Shown: positions 8,368 to 21,807, counted from the first letter of the stretch. The stretch is 63,419 nucleotides of DNA from Campylobacterales bacterium (GCA_027044945.1 JALUBK010000045.1:1-63419); one strand, 5' to 3'. Program-made: numbers and translations. The notes: generated from the letters alone by a model not told the origin.

Positions 8368-9129
8368 TTATTCGTCTTTAAAATTTACTTTTATTTCAAT
8401 ATAATTTCCATTTTTATAAGATGGAAATTTTTCATTTTGCATACTTTCCAAAAAATTTTGCAATTTGGCATTGAATTCGTTATTATAGGAAAGAGTATCT
8501 ATTTTATAGCTGAAATTTCCAAACTTATCTATTTTTACAGTTACCGTTGCACTGTTTCCAGCGATAGTTCCTGGAGTCTCTTGCCATTTGTTATCAAGAA
8601 TATCTTGAATTTTACCAATGTATTTATTGTATTCACCTGCATTTTTATTTATATTTGCATTAATGTTGCTTAAAGATAGAGTTTTAATAATTTTAGTAGC
8701 ACTTTTTTTATTTTCTTGTTTTAAAGATATTCTTTTTTGAGAAATTCTATTATTTTGATTTATTTTTATATTTTTAGTAACATTTTTATCTTTTACTTTT
8801 TTTATATATTTTGCTGTATTAATATTTTTAAACAAAGATGATAGTAAATTATTTGTTTTATGAATACTTTTTTTAATTTCAGTTTTTTTAAGAATATGTT
8901 TTCTAATTATTTTCTTTTTATAAACAATTTTCTTTTTTTTAGGTATATATTTTTTTATTTTTTTATTTTCCGAAATAGATACTTCTATAAAATTCTTTTT
9001 TATATCTGTATATTTTTTTACTTTACTTTGTGAATTATCTAAACATAGCAAAACACTAAAAATTAAAACAATATAGATAGCAATAGAAACAATACCGCTT
9101 AAAAAGAAAATTTTACTATTTCGTTGCAT
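8368..9129 (-). CDS. TolA/TonB C-terminal domain protein
   Basis: N-terminal TM, Lys-rich linker, TonB_C-like end; between tolR and tolB. Confidence 0.8.
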   Translation of the reverse strand: MQRNSKIFFLSGIVSIAIYIVLIFSVLLCLDNSQSKVKKYTDIKKNFIEVSISENKKIKKYIPKKKKIVYKKKIIRKHILKKTEIKKSIHKTNNLLSSLFKNINTAKYIKKVKDKNVTKNIKINQNNRISQKRISLKQENKKSATKIIKTLSLSNINANINKNAGEYNKYIGKIQDILDNKWQETPGTIAGNSATVTVKIDKFGNFSYKIDTLSYNNEFNAKLQNFLESMQNEKFPSYKNGNYIEIKVNFKDE

Positions 9130-9168
9130 TTTAATTCTTTAATATTGAACTTTTATCAATTATCACTT

Positions 9169-9561
9169 TTATCCATTTGTAATAAGAGATACTTTATAAA
9201 AACCTGCTTCTTTTATACTTTTTAATATATACATTATTGAGCCATATTGTAAATTTTTATCTGCTTTTATATATACAACAGTATTTTTAGGTATTGTTTT
9301 TGAAAACAAAATAAAACTATCCGCAAAAGCATTATATTGATATTGATTTTTGCCAATAAATATTTTTTTATTTTTTGTTATTCTAACTTCTAAATCAGGA
9401 ATTTTACTTAATATATTTGATTTTGTTCCGGTAGGAAGCTTAATATTTTCCTTATAAATAATTTCTGGTGTTGTAACCATTAATATAGCCAAAAGAACCA
9501 ACATAATATCAACAAGAGGAGTTATATTTAATTCCGGTTTTTCATCCCAATCTATTTTCAT
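9169..9561 (-). CDS. tolR: ExbD/TolR protein
   Basis: NITPLVDIMLVLL, IKADK motifs; tol-pal context. Confidence 0.85.
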   Translation of the reverse strand: MKIDWDEKPELNITPLVDIMLVLLAILMVTTPEIIYKENIKLPTGTKSNILSKIPDLEVRITKNKKIFIGKNQYQYNAFADSFILFSKTIPKNTVVYIKADKNLQYGSIMYILKSIKEAGFYKVSLITNG

Positions 9562-10151
9562 TTGTTTTCATTGCTGTTTTTTTCTAAATTATTCAAAAGT
9601 AAAATTTTCTCTCTATCTATAATACTAAGATATTCATATGCTTTTCGTTTTAAAAAAATATATCCACTATAAGCAGGTATTGCAACCAATATACCACCTG
9701 CGGTTGCAACCAATGCTTCACTGATTGCGGGAGCAATTACATTTAAAGAAGCACTTGATGCATTTCCTAATTTAGAGAAGGTTTCAAGTATTCCTACAAT
9801 TGTTCCAAAAAGTCCTATAAAAGGTGAAGTTGAAGATATAATTGAAAGTATAGACAAAGAAGATGTTGATTTTTTTTCAGCTATATTAATACAAACATCA
9901 AATATAGAAGAAGATCCTCTATATTGATTTGTGCATTTTCTCAATATAGAATCACTTCTTACAGTTGGAGAACCCATCAACATGGCTTCTAAGGATTCTT
10001 CTTCTTTTGATTTTAAAGAACTCAAGATAAAATATCTGTATATTACGACCCAGAATGTTATCAAAAAATAAATAGACAACCATAATAAAACAGCTATGGT
10101 TATTGAACTACTTCTAGAAAGATAATTTAAAAAAAGATCTATTAATGTCAT
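9558..10151 (-). CDS. tolQ: MotA/TolQ/ExbB proton channel protein
   Basis: SPFIGLFGT, APAISEALVATA motifs; tol-pal context. Confidence 0.85.
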   Translation of the reverse strand: MTLIDLFLNYLSRSSSITIAVLLWLSIYFLITFWVVIYRYFILSSLKSKEEESLEAMLMGSPTVRSDSILRKCTNQYRGSSSIFDVCINIAEKKSTSSLSILSIISSTSPFIGLFGTIVGILETFSKLGNASSASLNVIAPAISEALVATAGGILVAIPAYSGYIFLKRKAYEYLSIIDREKILLLNNLEKNSNENK

Positions 10152-10154
10152 AAG

Positions 10155-10547
10155 TTATAACTTATTTTTTACTACGGCTTCTATTTTTCCAACGACACTA
10201 GCCATTGCAATAGGATCGCTACTGATACTTTTCAATAAATCTTTAGCTTTTTTAATTGATTCTTTAATTTTGCTATCGCTATCTCCACCAACAAATTCGG
10301 CTCCATTGGCTAAAATAGTTACTTTTTTTTCATCAACTTCTATATAGCCCCAATCAACAACAACTATTTCATGTTTATTATTAATTCTTTCTATATCAAT
10401 AGCACCAGCTTTTAAAAGAGTCAAAAGTGCAGCATGACCTGGTAAAACACCAAATTCACCTTCGCTTCCAGGTAATGTTATGCTTTTTACATCACCATCA
10501 AAAACCAAACCTTCCGGACTAACTATCTCAAGTTTAATTGTATCCAT
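10155..10547 (-). CDS. atpC: ATP synthase F1 epsilon
   Basis: LEIVSP, PGSEGEFGVLPGHA. Confidence 0.97.
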   Translation of the reverse strand: MDTIKLEIVSPEGLVFDGDVKSITLPGSEGEFGVLPGHAALLTLLKAGAIDIERINNKHEIVVVDWGYIEVDEKKVTILANGAEFVGGDSDSKIKESIKKAKDLLKSISSDPIAMASVVGKIEAVVKNKL

Positions 10548-10581
10548 CTATTGTCCTTATTAAAAAAACAGTTAGAAAATT

Positions 10582-11994
<1,413 letters not shown>

Positions 11995-12009
11995 TTATTT
12001 ATAATCCAA

Positions 12010-12894
12010 TTATTTTTGTGCTTCAACACCACTAATAATCTCGATCAACTCAGTAGTAATTGATCCTTGTCTTGCTTTATTATACTCTAAAGTTAACTCT
12101 TGCACTCTTTCACTAGCATTATTTGTTGCATTTTCCATTGCTTGCATTCTTGCACTATGTTCTGCGGCAAGAGAATCAATCAAAGAATAATACATATTAT
12201 ATTCAATATATTTTTTGACCAATTCATCCAAAAGTTTCATATTGTCTTCTGGCTCAACTTCAATCATTGAAGTTGAAACTGCATTTGGCTCTTCAAAAGT
12301 TTTTATAGGAATTAAATTCAATGTCTTTAATTCTTGTGATATCATATTTCGATAACCATTATGAACTAAAATAATTCTATCAGTTTTCTTATCAAGAAAA
12401 TCATCAATTGAATTATTAATAATACTTGCAGCTTTGTTAAATGTTGGAGCAGAACTTACACCAACATATTTAGCAAAAATATCAATTTTAAGAAAATTAA
12501 AATATGAAATTCCTTTTTTTCCAACTGCTATCAATCTAACTTTAGCTTTTTTATCATTATATTCTTTTAATAATTTGCTAACTACTTTAATAGTTTGCAT
12601 ATTAAAACCACCACAAAGACCTTTATCAGCAGTTATAAAAATAATATCAACAACCTTTGGATTATCATTTATATCAAAAAATCTACTTTTGATGCCACCT
12701 ACCCGATATTGATTTATTTTATAAGAAATTTCAGACAAAACTTCATTTATTTTAATATCATAAGCTTTAGATTGTTCAGCAGCTTGCTTTGCTCTCATTA
12801 ATTTAGCCGTTGAAACAAGTTTCATGGCTCTTGTAGTCTTTTGAGTATTTTTAACACTACCAATTTTTCTTTTTATATCTTTTAGATTTGCCAT
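12010..12894 (-). CDS. atpG: ATP synthase F1 gamma
   Basis: [29 protein letters not shown]. Confidence 0.99.
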   Translation of the reverse strand: MANLKDIKRKIGSVKNTQKTTRAMKLVSTAKLMRAKQAAEQSKAYDIKINEVLSEISYKINQYRVGGIKSRFFDINDNPKVVDIIFITADKGLCGGFNMQTIKVVSKLLKEYNDKKAKVRLIAVGKKGISYFNFLKIDIFAKYVGVSSAPTFNKAASIINNSIDDFLDKKTDRIILVHNGYRNMISQELKTLNLIPIKTFEEPNAVSTSMIEVEPEDNMKLLDELVKKYIEYNMYYSLIDSLAAEHSARMQAMENATNNASERVQELTLEYNKARQGSITTELIEIISGVEAQK

Positions 12895-12903
12895 TTTATA
12901 ACC

Positions 12904-14421
12904 CTATTTAACTTCAAAAGTTGTCTTAAACTCATCCAATATTTTATTTAACTTTGATTTTATTTCATCATCTATTTTTTGTTTTGTTCTAATATCTTTT
13001 AAAATTTCTGGATATTTTGCTTCAATAAATGGATAAAGCTCAGCTTCAAATTTTGTTACATTTTGTGCTTCTATATCATCAAGATATCCATTTGCTCCTG
13101 CATAAACAATAACTACTTGTCTTTCAATTGAAAGAGGAGAATAAGGAGGTTGTTTTAAAACTTCAACCATTCTCTGACCTCTTTCTAATTGCTTTCTACT
13201 TGTTTCGTCCAAATCACTAGCAAATTGAGCAAAAGCTTGAAGTTCTCTATATTGAGCAAGATCAAGTCTTAAGGTTCCTGCTACTTGTTTAATTGCTTTT
13301 ATTTGAGCTGCACCACCAACTCGTGATACAGAAAGACCAACATTTATTGCAGGTCTTATACCAGAATTAAACAAATCAGTTTCTAAGAAAATTTGTCCAT
13401 CTGTAATAGATATAACATTTGTTGGAATATAAGCTGAAACATCACCTGCTTGTGTTTCAATAATAGGCAAAGCAGTTAAACTACCAGCACCTAATTCATC
13501 ACTAACTTTAGCAGCTCTTTCAAGAAGTCTTGAATGTAAATAAAAAACATCACCAGGATATGCTTCTCTTCCTGGAGGTCTTCTTAAAATCAATGACATT
13601 TCTCTATAAGCAACGGCATGTTTGCTCAAATCATCATATATAATCAAAGCATGTTTGCTATTGTCTCTAAAATATTCACCCATTGTAACACCAGCATATG
13701 GAGCAAGATATTGTAATGCAGCAGGATCGCTAGCACCTGCATTTACTATTATAGTATATTCCATTGCGCCATGTTCTTCAAGTTTTTTAACAACTTGAGC
13801 CACAGTTGATTGTTTTTGTCCTATTGCAACATAAATACAAATAACATCTTTATCTTTTTGATTAATAATTGTATCTATTGCTACAGTTGTTTTACCTGTT
13901 TGTCTATCACCAATAATAAGCTCTCTTTGTCCCCTACCAATAGGAACCAAACAATCGATTGCTTTTATACCAGTTTGAAGTGGTTCATGAACTGATTTTC
14001 TATCCATAATTCCAGGGGCTTTTTCTTCAACAAATCTAAATTCTTTTGCTTCTATTTGTCCTTTTGAATCTATTGGCTCACCCAATGGATTAACAATTCT
14101 ACCTACAACAGCATCACCAACAGGAACTTTTAATAGTTTTCCTTCTCTTTTTACAGAAAAACCTTCAGATATATCAGTTCCTCTTCCAAGAACAACAACA
14201 CCAACACTTGATTCTTCCAAGTTTAATGCCATTCCTTTTTCGCCATTTTCAAATTCAACTATTTCACCAGCCATTACATTTTTAAGTCCGTAAACTTGGG
14301 CAATACCGTCGGCAATTGAAATAACTTTACCGGTTTCTTCGATATCAACACTTAACTCAAAATTATCGATTCTCTCTTTTATAATTGAGCTAATTTCATC
14401 AGCTTTAATCTTTGAACTCAC
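12904..14421 (-). CDS. atpA: ATP synthase F1 alpha
   Basis: [31 protein letters not shown]. Confidence 0.99.
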   Translation of the reverse strand: MSSKIKADEISSIIKERIDNFELSVDIEETGKVISIADGIAQVYGLKNVMAGEIVEFENGEKGMALNLEESSVGVVVLGRGTDISEGFSVKREGKLLKVPVGDAVVGRIVNPLGEPIDSKGQIEAKEFRFVEEKAPGIMDRKSVHEPLQTGIKAIDCLVPIGRGQRELIIGDRQTGKTTVAIDTIINQKDKDVICIYVAIGQKQSTVAQVVKKLEEHGAMEYTIIVNAGASDPAALQYLAPYAGVTMGEYFRDNSKHALIIYDDLSKHAVAYREMSLILRRPPGREAYPGDVFYLHSRLLERAAKVSDELGAGSLTALPIIETQAGDVSAYIPTNVISITDGQIFLETDLFNSGIRPAINVGLSVSRVGGAAQIKAIKQVAGTLRLDLAQYRELQAFAQFASDLDETSRKQLERGQRMVEVLKQPPYSPLSIERQVVIVYAGANGYLDDIEAQNVTKFEAELYPFIEAKYPEILKDIRTKQKIDDEIKSKLNKILDEFKTTFEVK

Positions 14422-14443
14422 TTGAGCACTCCTTATCTTATTT

Positions 14444-14974
14444 TTATATTGCTTTTAGTATATGCTCAGTCATTTGAGCTTTTAATCTATTGATTGAAAA
14501 ACTAATTTCAACACCTAAATCTTCTATTTCTATTTTTATTCCCGGATAATTGGTAATTATATTTTCAAGAATGATTGTAGAATTAAATTTATTACTCAAT
14601 TTGTTTTCAATATCTATTCTACTTTTATCATCAATTTCTTTAAAACTTATAATTTTACCTGCAAATTTGTTTTCTTGTATTGATATTTGATACCTTATTT
14701 CATTACAAATAGAAGGCAATAATTCTACTCTATCATTTTCTACTAATATTTTTATAAAATTATTTAAATTTTCATTAGAATTTTCGATTAATGATATTAT
14801 AAAATTATATTTTTCATCTTTACTTATATTTGGAGAAAGTATAATATTTTGCATTTTTTCAAGTTTGTAAGCATTACCTAAAATTTTTAATTTTTCATAA
14901 TACTCTTTTGCTTGTTCTTTATCTATTCCTAAAAGCAATGCTTTGACATATTTTTTTGATATAGCAGATATCAT
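14444..14974 (-). CDS. atpH: ATP synthase delta
   Basis: ISKKYVKAL start, [11 protein letters not shown]; operon position. Confidence 0.92.
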   Translation of the reverse strand: MISAISKKYVKALLLGIDKEQAKEYYEKLKILGNAYKLEKMQNIILSPNISKDEKYNFIISLIENSNENLNNFIKILVENDRVELLPSICNEIRYQISIQENKFAGKIISFKEIDDKSRIDIENKLSNKFNSTIILENIITNYPGIKIEIEDLGVEISFSINRLKAQMTEHILKAI

Positions 14975-15480
14975 TATGCAACCTTTTTCATGATTATATT
15001 AACAAGCTCTTGGTTTTCAAATGTTTGAATATCTTTTTCGAATAATGATCCAATTATTTCGGCAACAACTTTTTTAACCATTTTTCTTTTTTCGATATTC
15101 TTTTTTTCTTCTTGATATTTTTCTAAATTTTTAAGATCATTTTGTAAATCTTTTTCAAATTTTTCAATTATTAAAGTAGCTTCTTTTTTTGCATCTTCAA
15201 TTATATTTTTTGCCACTATTTTAGATTCTTCAAGCTTTTTAATAGCATCTTCTTTTGCTTTTTTTGATTCTTCTACTTTATCTCTTATAGAATTTAAAGT
15301 ATTTATAATCTCTTCTCGCCTTTGTTGAAAGAAATTTTTTAAAGGTTCTGCTATAAATCTATATAATATTGCAGCAAAAATTAAAAAGTTGATTGTTCTT
15401 GGAAATATATCCGTATGTTCTCCGCTTGAAGCAAATATAGCAACAGGAAATATAAGTATTAATAATAATTTAACTAACAA
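14974..15480 (-). CDS. atpF: ATP synthase F0 subunit b
   Basis: RTINFLIFAAIL TM plus coiled coil. Confidence 0.92.
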   Translation of the reverse strand: MLVKLLLILIFPVAIFASSGEHTDIFPRTINFLIFAAILYRFIAEPLKNFFQQRREEIINTLNSIRDKVEESKKAKEDAIKKLEESKIVAKNIIEDAKKEATLIIEKFEKDLQNDLKNLEKYQEEKKNIEKRKMVKKVVAEIIGSLFEKDIQTFENQELVNIIMKKVA

Positions 15481-15914
15481 TGTATAACTCCTTCTATCTT
15501 GCTTATTTTAGTTTTTAAACTCTTTTCAAAAAGAGGTAAACTTTCAGCTAATTTTTCTTTTAATTCATCTTTTTCAAGGATTAAATCATTCATAAAGGAT
15601 TCATATTCTTTTTCTAAAAACTCTTTTTTCAAATTAAGCTCTTTATTAGCCTTTTCTTTTGCATTTTTGATAGCTTCTTCTCGTATTAAAAATGCTTTTT
15701 CTTTTGCATTTTTTAAGATATCAGCACTCTCTTTTTCCAAATGAGATACATTTCCGCTATTTCTTTTAGCAAGATTCATATCTTCTTGTATTGATTTATC
15801 CCTATCGTCCATAAAAGTTAATAATGGTTTATATAAAATTCTATTAAGAACTATTATTAAACAAATAAATAGAACAATAACCATCAGTAACAAATCCGGA
15901 TTTAAGTCCAACAT
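15474..15914 (-). CDS. atpF': ATP synthase F0 subunit b'
   Basis: TM + LYKPLL.FMD.R, coiled coil; first gene of the atp operon. Confidence 0.9.
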   Translation of the reverse strand: MLDLNPDLLLMVIVLFICLIIVLNRILYKPLLTFMDDRDKSIQEDMNLAKRNSGNVSHLEKESADILKNAKEKAFLIREEAIKNAKEKANKELNLKKEFLEKEYESFMNDLILEKDELKEKLAESLPLFEKSLKTKISKIEGVIHC

Positions 15915-16035
15915 TATTACTCCTTCATTTTTATAACTAATTTTATCATTAAAAATTTAGAAAATTTTATATTTCGATATTCTATCAAAATTAAATATAA
16001 ACTTTTATTAAATAAACTATTTTTTTTTAATTATA

Positions 16036-16887
16036 TTAATTAATTTTTGACAAAAATTCTAAAATTTCATCATTGTTTTTAAATTCTAAAATTAATTTAT
16101 TATTTTTTATTAAATATTTTATGTGAAGAGCTTTGATTTTGTTTTCCAATATTTTTAAATTTTCAAAAGGTTTATATTTAATTTGCTTTTTATTTTCAGA
16201 TTTATCTTTTTTTAAATGTTTTACAATATTTTCTGTTTCTCTGACACTTAATTTTTGACCAATAATAGAATTTACAACATTTTCTTCATCTTCTTTGCTC
16301 AATCCGACTAATATCTTGGCATGACCTTGAGAAATTTTATTTTCACTAATATATTTTTTAGTTCTTTCACTTAAATTTAAAAGTCTTAAAGTGTTTGTTA
16401 TTTGAGTTCTACTTTTGTGTATAATATTAGAAAGTTCATCATGTGTTATTTTATATTGTTCTATCAATTCATAATAAGCTATAGCCAATTCTATGGGATT
16501 TAAATCTTCTCTTTGAATATTTTCTATCAATGCCAGTTCGCGCAAATTTTCAGATTTTATATCAGCAACAATAGCTTTGATATGAGTCAATCCAGCTATT
16601 TTAGAAGCTCTAAATCTCCTCTCACCAGCAATTATCATATATCCATTATCTTTTTTAACAAGAATAATAGGTTGCAAAAGACCATATTTTTTTATAGATT
16701 TGCTTAATTCTTCAAGAGCAGTTGCATCAAAATAATTTCTAGGTTGATATATATTTGGTGTTATCTCATCTAAATTTATCTCTTGTATTACACTACTTTT
16801 ATCTTCTAAATCTTGTTTATAAGCTTCTTCTACATCATCTAATATCGCTCCGATACCTCGCCCTAAAGCTTTTTTTACTTTTGCCAT
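16036..16887 (-). CDS. parB: Chromosome partitioning protein ParB/Spo0J
   Basis: ALGRG, QPR, GLLQPI, AGERR.RA, ENIQREDLNPIE. Confidence 0.97.
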   Translation of the reverse strand: MAKVKKALGRGIGAILDDVEEAYKQDLEDKSSVIQEINLDEITPNIYQPRNYFDATALEELSKSIKKYGLLQPIILVKKDNGYMIIAGERRFRASKIAGLTHIKAIVADIKSENLRELALIENIQREDLNPIELAIAYYELIEQYKITHDELSNIIHKSRTQITNTLRLLNLSERTKKYISENKISQGHAKILVGLSKEDEENVVNSIIGQKLSVRETENIVKHLKKDKSENKKQIKYKPFENLKILENKIKALHIKYLIKNNKLILEFKNNDEILEFLSKIN

Positions 16888-16888
16888 T

Positions 16889-17674
16889 TTATCCCACCAA
16901 AATAGAAGTTGCTAAATTTTGATATGCTTGTGAACCAGTTGATTTTATATCATAAAGTATAATAGGCTTGCCAAAACTAGGACTTTCAGCCAATTTAACA
17001 TTTCTTGGAACAACCACATAAGACGATGTTTGTTTATTGAAAAAAAGTTTATTTTTAAAATGTTGTTTCAAATCTGCAAAAACTTGTTTTGAGAGATTAT
17101 TTTGAGTGCTATACATAGTTGGCAAAAAACCTTTAATTTTTAATTTTGGATTTATTGTTCTTTTTATTAACTTTATAGTATTTAAAAGCTGAGCCAATCC
17201 TTCAAGTGCAAAAAATTCACATTGAATCGGTATAATAACAGAATTTGAAGCACTCAAAGCATTTATGGTTATACTTCCAAGTGCTGGAGGAGAATCTATA
17301 ATAACATAATCATATTGATCCTTAATCTCTTCAATTTTATTTTTCAAAACCAATTCTCTGCCATTTGTTTCTTCATCATAAAATTCTTTTTCAATGCCAA
17401 CCAAACCTATATTTGATGGTGCCAAATGAAGTGTAGATATAGATGTTTTTAAAATAATTTGAGATAATTTTTTACTTCCTATTAAAACATGATAAATATT
17501 AAACTCATAATCATTTCTATGAAATCCGAGCCCCGTAGTTGCATTTGATTGGGGATCAGCATCAATTAGTAAAACTTTTTTTTCAGCAACAGCTAATGAT
17601 GCTGCTAAATTTATAGCAGTAGTAGTTTTTCCTACCCCACCCTTTTGATTAGCAATAGCAATAATTTCTTTCAT
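16889..17674 (-). CDS. parA: ParA/Soj ATPase
   Basis: [27 protein letters not shown]. Confidence 0.97.
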   Translation of the reverse strand: MKEIIAIANQKGGVGKTTTAINLAASLAVAEKKVLLIDADPQSNATTGLGFHRNDYEFNIYHVLIGSKKLSQIILKTSISTLHLAPSNIGLVGIEKEFYDEETNGRELVLKNKIEEIKDQYDYVIIDSPPALGSITINALSASNSVIIPIQCEFFALEGLAQLLNTIKLIKRTINPKLKIKGFLPTMYSTQNNLSKQVFADLKQHFKNKLFFNKQTSSYVVVPRNVKLAESPSFGKPIILYDIKSTGSQAYQNLATSILVG

Positions 17675-18306
17675 CTTAAATTAAACACCTTTCTGCCATT
17701 GATTGATATTGAACCATCAAAATTCAACTCTGCATCTTGCAAAGACAACTTTTCATTTTTATAATGAAAAACAAATTTTTTACTCTTTTGAAATTCTATC
17801 TTATATTTACTAAAAATCTGCTTCCATGAACAATTTTTTTTAATTTTTTTTATAAATTGATTTATTAATTCATTTTTATCAACTATAATATCCAATTTAC
17901 TATAATTTTGGGGGGACTGCAAAATATTTAATCCTATGGAACAAATTATATATTCATTTGTTTTTATTGTTATGACTCCACCTATTTTTTTATTTTTAAT
18001 ATAAAAATCATTAGGCCATTTTAACCATATTTTAGAGCCTTTATCGGCTAATAATTCTTTTAAAATATAAGAAAAATATATAGAAGTTGATTGAAGAGGC
18101 AAATTATTTGGCAAATGTTTCAAATTTACACAAAATGATAAAAAAAGATTTCCTTTTAAGCTTATCCAACTGTTTCCTCTGCTTCCTATGCCATTAGTTT
18201 GTTCATCACAACATATACAAACAGGTGGTTTCAAAATTCCATTTTTTAATGCTTCCAATAAATAATTATGAGTTGATTTTAATGAATCAAAGTATATTAT
18301 CTCCAA
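17671..18306 (-). CDS. birA: Biotin-protein ligase (no HTH)
   Basis: [22 protein letters not shown]. Confidence 0.95.
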   Translation of the reverse strand: MEIIYFDSLKSTHNYLLEALKNGILKPPVCICCDEQTNGIGSRGNSWISLKGNLFLSFCVNLKHLPNNLPLQSTSIYFSYILKELLADKGSKIWLKWPNDFYIKNKKIGGVITIKTNEYIICSIGLNILQSPQNYSKLDIIVDKNELINQFIKKIKKNCSWKQIFSKYKIEFQKSKKFVFHYKNEKLSLQDAELNFDGSISINGRKVFNLR

Positions 18307-19201
18307 CTTTTAACCTTTTACCCATAATATATTCCTTTGCACTCATTTCTCTTTTTGATTTTGCTTGAACCGTTAAAAGATCAATAGCACCTATTTTACA
18401 AGAAATAATTACATTATCATTTCCTATATATAAAATTTCTCCCGGCTTTTCCGTGCTTTTCATATCAGATAATTGTATTTTTTTCAATTTTAAGCCATTT
18501 GATAAATAAATTCCAGGCCATGGATTAAATGCTTTAAACTTGGTAAAAATTTCTTTTGAGTCATTTAAAATTATTTCTCCATCACTTTTTCGTATTTTTT
18601 TTGCATACGAACTTAAAGCATTTATTTGTTTAATCGGCTTTATATTTTTCCAGTTTTTCAAAGTATTTATGCATAATATAGCTGCACTTTTAGATAATTT
18701 TTCAAAAAGTTCATTAACCATTATATCTTTTTCAATTTTTATAAAAATATAAGATAAAATATCTCCCGTATCCAATCCTTCATTCATAAGCATAGCACTA
18801 ACACCCGTATAATTATCATGATTTAAGATAGAAGATTGTATTGGTGAAGCACCTCTGTATTTTGGAAGTAAAGAAGCATGAAGATTGATGCAAGGAGCAA
18901 TATTTAAAATATTTTTAGGAAGTATTTGACCATATGCCGCTACCACAATAAAATCCAAATTCATATTTTTAATCAATAATTCTATTTTTTCATCTTTTAA
19001 AGTTGCAGGTTGATATATTGGAATTTCACTATTTTTATTCATCAAAAATTGTTTTACATGAGGCGGAGTTATTGTTTGTTTTCTTCCAACTGGTTTATCT
19101 GGCTGAGTAAAGACTGCTACAACTTTTATTTGTTCATCTTTTATTAAACTATTTAATATTTCACTTGCATAATCAGGTGTCCCCATAAAAAGAATTTTCA
19201 T
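18287..19201 (-). CDS. fmt: Methionyl-tRNA formyltransferase
   Basis: FMGTP, TQPDKP.GR, NLHASLLPKYRGASP; start moved to ATG 19201. Confidence 0.96.
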   Translation of the reverse strand: MKILFMGTPDYASEILNSLIKDEQIKVVAVFTQPDKPVGRKQTITPPHVKQFLMNKNSEIPIYQPATLKDEKIELLIKNMNLDFIVVAAYGQILPKNILNIAPCINLHASLLPKYRGASPIQSSILNHDNYTGVSAMLMNEGLDTGDILSYIFIKIEKDIMVNELFEKLSKSAAILCINTLKNWKNIKPIKQINALSSYAKKIRKSDGEIILNDSKEIFTKFKAFNPWPGIYLSNGLKLKKIQLSDMKSTEKPGEILYIGNDNVIISCKIGAIDLLTVQAKSKREMSAKEYIMGKRLKVGDNIL

Positions 19202-19202
19202 T

Positions 19203-19973
19203 TTAAATATTTTTTTCAGGAACAAAGAGGGTTCCACTTTTTTGAACATGATCGAGTAAAAAACTTTTTGCATCGTCTAATTTAAAACCATTAGACATAA
19301 ACATACTTTTTCCTCTTTTCAATAAAAAATCTGCTGCTTTTAGTTTTGTTGATATTCCGCCTGTTGCAAATATATCATTTGGGTTCATTTTTATACATTT
19401 TTCTTCATCGCTAATATCATGGACAATTTTTTTAATTTTAGCATCAACATTGCATCTAGGATCTTTATCATAATACCCATCAATATCAGAAAGTATCACA
19501 AGCATATCTGCATCAAAATAATAAGATACATGAGCTGAAAGCCTATCATTATCTCCAAATACAAGTTCGTCTGTCGCAGTAGTATCATTTTCATTTATTA
19601 TAGGGATTATTTTATTTTTCAAGCAAACTTCTATGGCATTTTTGGCAAACTGAGTTCTTTTTCTCGAATCAAAATCACTTGCAGTCAAAAGAAATTGGGC
19701 TATAATTTTATTAAATTTTTCAAATTGTTTTTGATATTCTCTCATTAAAAATGGTTGCCCAACCGCAGCTATTGCTTGTCTGTTTGAAACAATATTTTTA
19801 TCCAGTTTAATTTTTGAATATCCTGCGGCCACTGCTCCAGAGCTTACTAAAATTATTTCATACTTATCGTGTAACAAAGATAAAAATTCAACTAAATTTC
19901 TCATTCTTGTTTTTGCAATCATATTTTTTTCACTTAAAACATGACTTCCTACTTTCACGACAATTCGTTTCAT
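19203..19973 (-). CDS. proB: Glutamate 5-kinase (no PUA domain)
   Basis: VVKVGS, VSSGAVAAG, INEND, FGDND. Confidence 0.96.
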   Translation of the reverse strand: MKRIVVKVGSHVLSEKNMIAKTRMRNLVEFLSLLHDKYEIILVSSGAVAAGYSKIKLDKNIVSNRQAIAAVGQPFLMREYQKQFEKFNKIIAQFLLTASDFDSRKRTQFAKNAIEVCLKNKIIPIINENDTTATDELVFGDNDRLSAHVSYYFDADMLVILSDIDGYYDKDPRCNVDAKIKKIVHDISDEEKCIKMNPNDIFATGGISTKLKAADFLLKRGKSMFMSNGFKLDDAKSFLLDHVQKSGTLFVPEKNI

Positions 19974-21058
19974 TACTCTTCCTCTTTAACTACTTCTTTT
20001 AAAGCATATTTTAATGCATTTGTATTGATATTAGCAACAGATGACAAAGGAATAACAAAAAATGGTTTTTCTTTATCATATTCGTAAATATCTTGATTGA
20101 AAAATAAATAATTATTATCAAAATTATATCTATTTTTGATACTTTTTTCCAAATTTATATTTTTGAAAAAGTTATTTATTTTTTCATTTGCATCATCTTT
20201 TTGAATGGTATCAACCTTTGTTAAAGCAATGGCAAATGATTTTTTACTTAATGTAGTAGAATATTTATTTAATTCGTTTTTTAGCAAAATATATTGCTCA
20301 TTCAAGTCTCTATAATTTGAAAAATCTAACATAAAAAGTAAGAATTTAGTTCTTTCAATATGTTTTAAAAATTTAAGCCCCAATCCTTTTCCATCACTAG
20401 CACCCTCTATAATACCTGGAATATCTGCCATCACAAAAGAACTATATTCATCAACATTTACAACTCCTAATTTTGGAGTAATGGTGGTAAATTCATAGTT
20501 TGCTATTTCTGGAGTTGCATTGGATATTGAAGAAATAAGTGTTGATTTGCCAACATTAGGAAAGCCCACAAGTCCAACATCAGCTATAAGTTTCAATTCC
20601 AATCTAATCTCTTTTTCACTTCCTGGAAGACCTGGTTGAGCATAAGTTGGTCTTTGATTAGTAGAACTTCTAAAATGCCAATTTCCAAGACCTCCTTTAC
20701 CACCTTTTAAAAATTTTATCTCTTTATCATTCTCTAACAAATCAAGTAAAACTTCACCATTTTGAGCATCTATTATTTGAGTTCCCGGTGGAACTTTTAT
20801 AGTTAAAGATTCTCCTTTTTTACCAAATCTTCTTCTGCCCTCTCCTTGATGTCCATTTTTAGCCTTCAATATATGTTTTCCTCTAAAATGGGAAAGAGTA
20901 TGTGTATTATTATCTACTTTTATGATAACATCTCCACCGTCTCCACCGTCTCCACCGTCAGGACCACCTTTGATAACAAATTTTTCTCTTCTAAAAGAGA
21001 CTGCTCCTGCTCCGCCTTTACCGGATTTAATGGTAAGCTGGACATTATCTGTAAACAT
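19973..21058 (-). CDS. obgE: GTPase ObgE/CgtA
   Basis: Gly-rich Obg fold, [23 protein letters not shown]. Confidence 0.98.
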   Translation of the reverse strand: MFTDNVQLTIKSGKGGAGAVSFRREKFVIKGGPDGGDGGDGGDVIIKVDNNTHTLSHFRGKHILKAKNGHQGEGRRRFGKKGESLTIKVPPGTQIIDAQNGEVLLDLLENDKEIKFLKGGKGGLGNWHFRSSTNQRPTYAQPGLPGSEKEIRLELKLIADVGLVGFPNVGKSTLISSISNATPEIANYEFTTITPKLGVVNVDEYSSFVMADIPGIIEGASDGKGLGLKFLKHIERTKFLLFMLDFSNYRDLNEQYILLKNELNKYSTTLSKKSFAIALTKVDTIQKDDANEKINNFFKNINLEKSIKNRYNFDNNYLFFNQDIYEYDKEKPFFVIPLSSVANINTNALKYALKEVVKEEE

Positions 21059-21104
21059 GATTATATACCTTTTGTTCGAATGTTAAATACTGAATATTGA
21101 GTAT

Positions 21105-21129
21105 AAGAAGGGCGTAAATAACCCTTCTT
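21105..21129 (-). terminator. Hairpin after rpmA
   Basis: 8-bp IR AAGAAGGG (21105-21112) / CCCTTCTT (21122-21129) just past the rpmA stop. Confidence 0.55.
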
Positions 21130-21136
21130 GATAAAA

Positions 21137-21394
21137 TTATAATGCGGGGTAAACTGAAACTTTTTTTCTATGTTTATCTTTTCTTTCAAATTGAACATAT
21201 CCATCAATCAAAGCAAAAATAGTATGATCTTTTCCCATTCCTACATTATTGCCAGGATGAGTTGCTGTTCCTCTTTGTCTTATAATGATATTTCCAGCTC
21301 TTACAAATTCGCTTCCAAATTTTTTTACACCTAAACGCCTTCCTGCACTGTCTCTATTATTTTGGGTACTACCCTGACCTTTCTTATGAGCCAT
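21137..21394 (-). CDS. rpmA: 50S ribosomal protein L27
   Basis: [22 protein letters not shown]. Confidence 0.99.
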   Translation of the reverse strand: MAHKKGQGSTQNNRDSAGRRLGVKKFGSEFVRAGNIIIRQRGTATHPGNNVGMGKDHTIFALIDGYVQFERKDKHRKKVSVYPAL

Positions 21395-21409
21395 CTCTTC
21401 TCCTTAGAA

Positions 21410-21718
21410 TTATAATGTTATATTTGTAACTTTAACGCGAGTATATTCTCTTCTAAAACCTTTTTTAAGTTTGCTATCTTTTCTTCTTCTTTTTTTGAAA
21501 ATAACAACTTTTTTAGCTTTTGCATTAGTTACAACTTCTAATGTTACTTTTGCTCCATCAACCAATGGAGTACCCACTTTGAACTCACCGTCATTAACAG
21601 CAAGCACTTCGTCTACTTCTACAACATCTTTTGGCTGAGCGTCAAGCTTATCGAGATTTAAATAATCTCCTTCTTGAACTTTATATTGCTTCCCACCATT
21701 TCTTATAATAGCATACAT
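21410..21718 (-). CDS. rplU: 50S ribosomal protein L21
   Basis: [24 protein letters not shown]. Confidence 0.99.
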   Translation of the reverse strand: MYAIIRNGGKQYKVQEGDYLNLDKLDAQPKDVVEVDEVLAVNDGEFKVGTPLVDGAKVTLEVVTNAKAKKVVIFKKRRRKDSKLKKGFRREYTRVKVTNITL

Positions 21719-21728
21719 AAGCTATTCC

Positions 21729-21778
21729 TTCGTTCATTTATTTAGTCTTAGCTAAGACCATGAACGCGAATTTTATCG
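21729..21778 (-). promoter_or_regulatory. rplU promoter (-10 gaTAAAAT, 21770-21775) and structured leader
   Basis: CGTTCAT/ATGAACG stem enclosing a perfect 14-bp palindrome GTCTTAGCTAAGAC, adjacent to the AAGGA RBS. Confidence 0.6.
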
Positions 21779-21807
21779 TAAAATTATTTAAAACTTGATT
21801 AAAGAGG

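Noticed and set aside
16036-17674. parAB as a sign of a plasmid or ICE
   Set aside because: Chromosomal Soj/Spo0J type in its usual birA-parAB-atp context.
20931-20959. 9-bp tandem repeat (TCTCCACCG x3) in obgE
   Set aside because: Encodes the conserved Gly-rich GGDGGDGGD segment of the Obg fold; not a VNTR or CRISPR.
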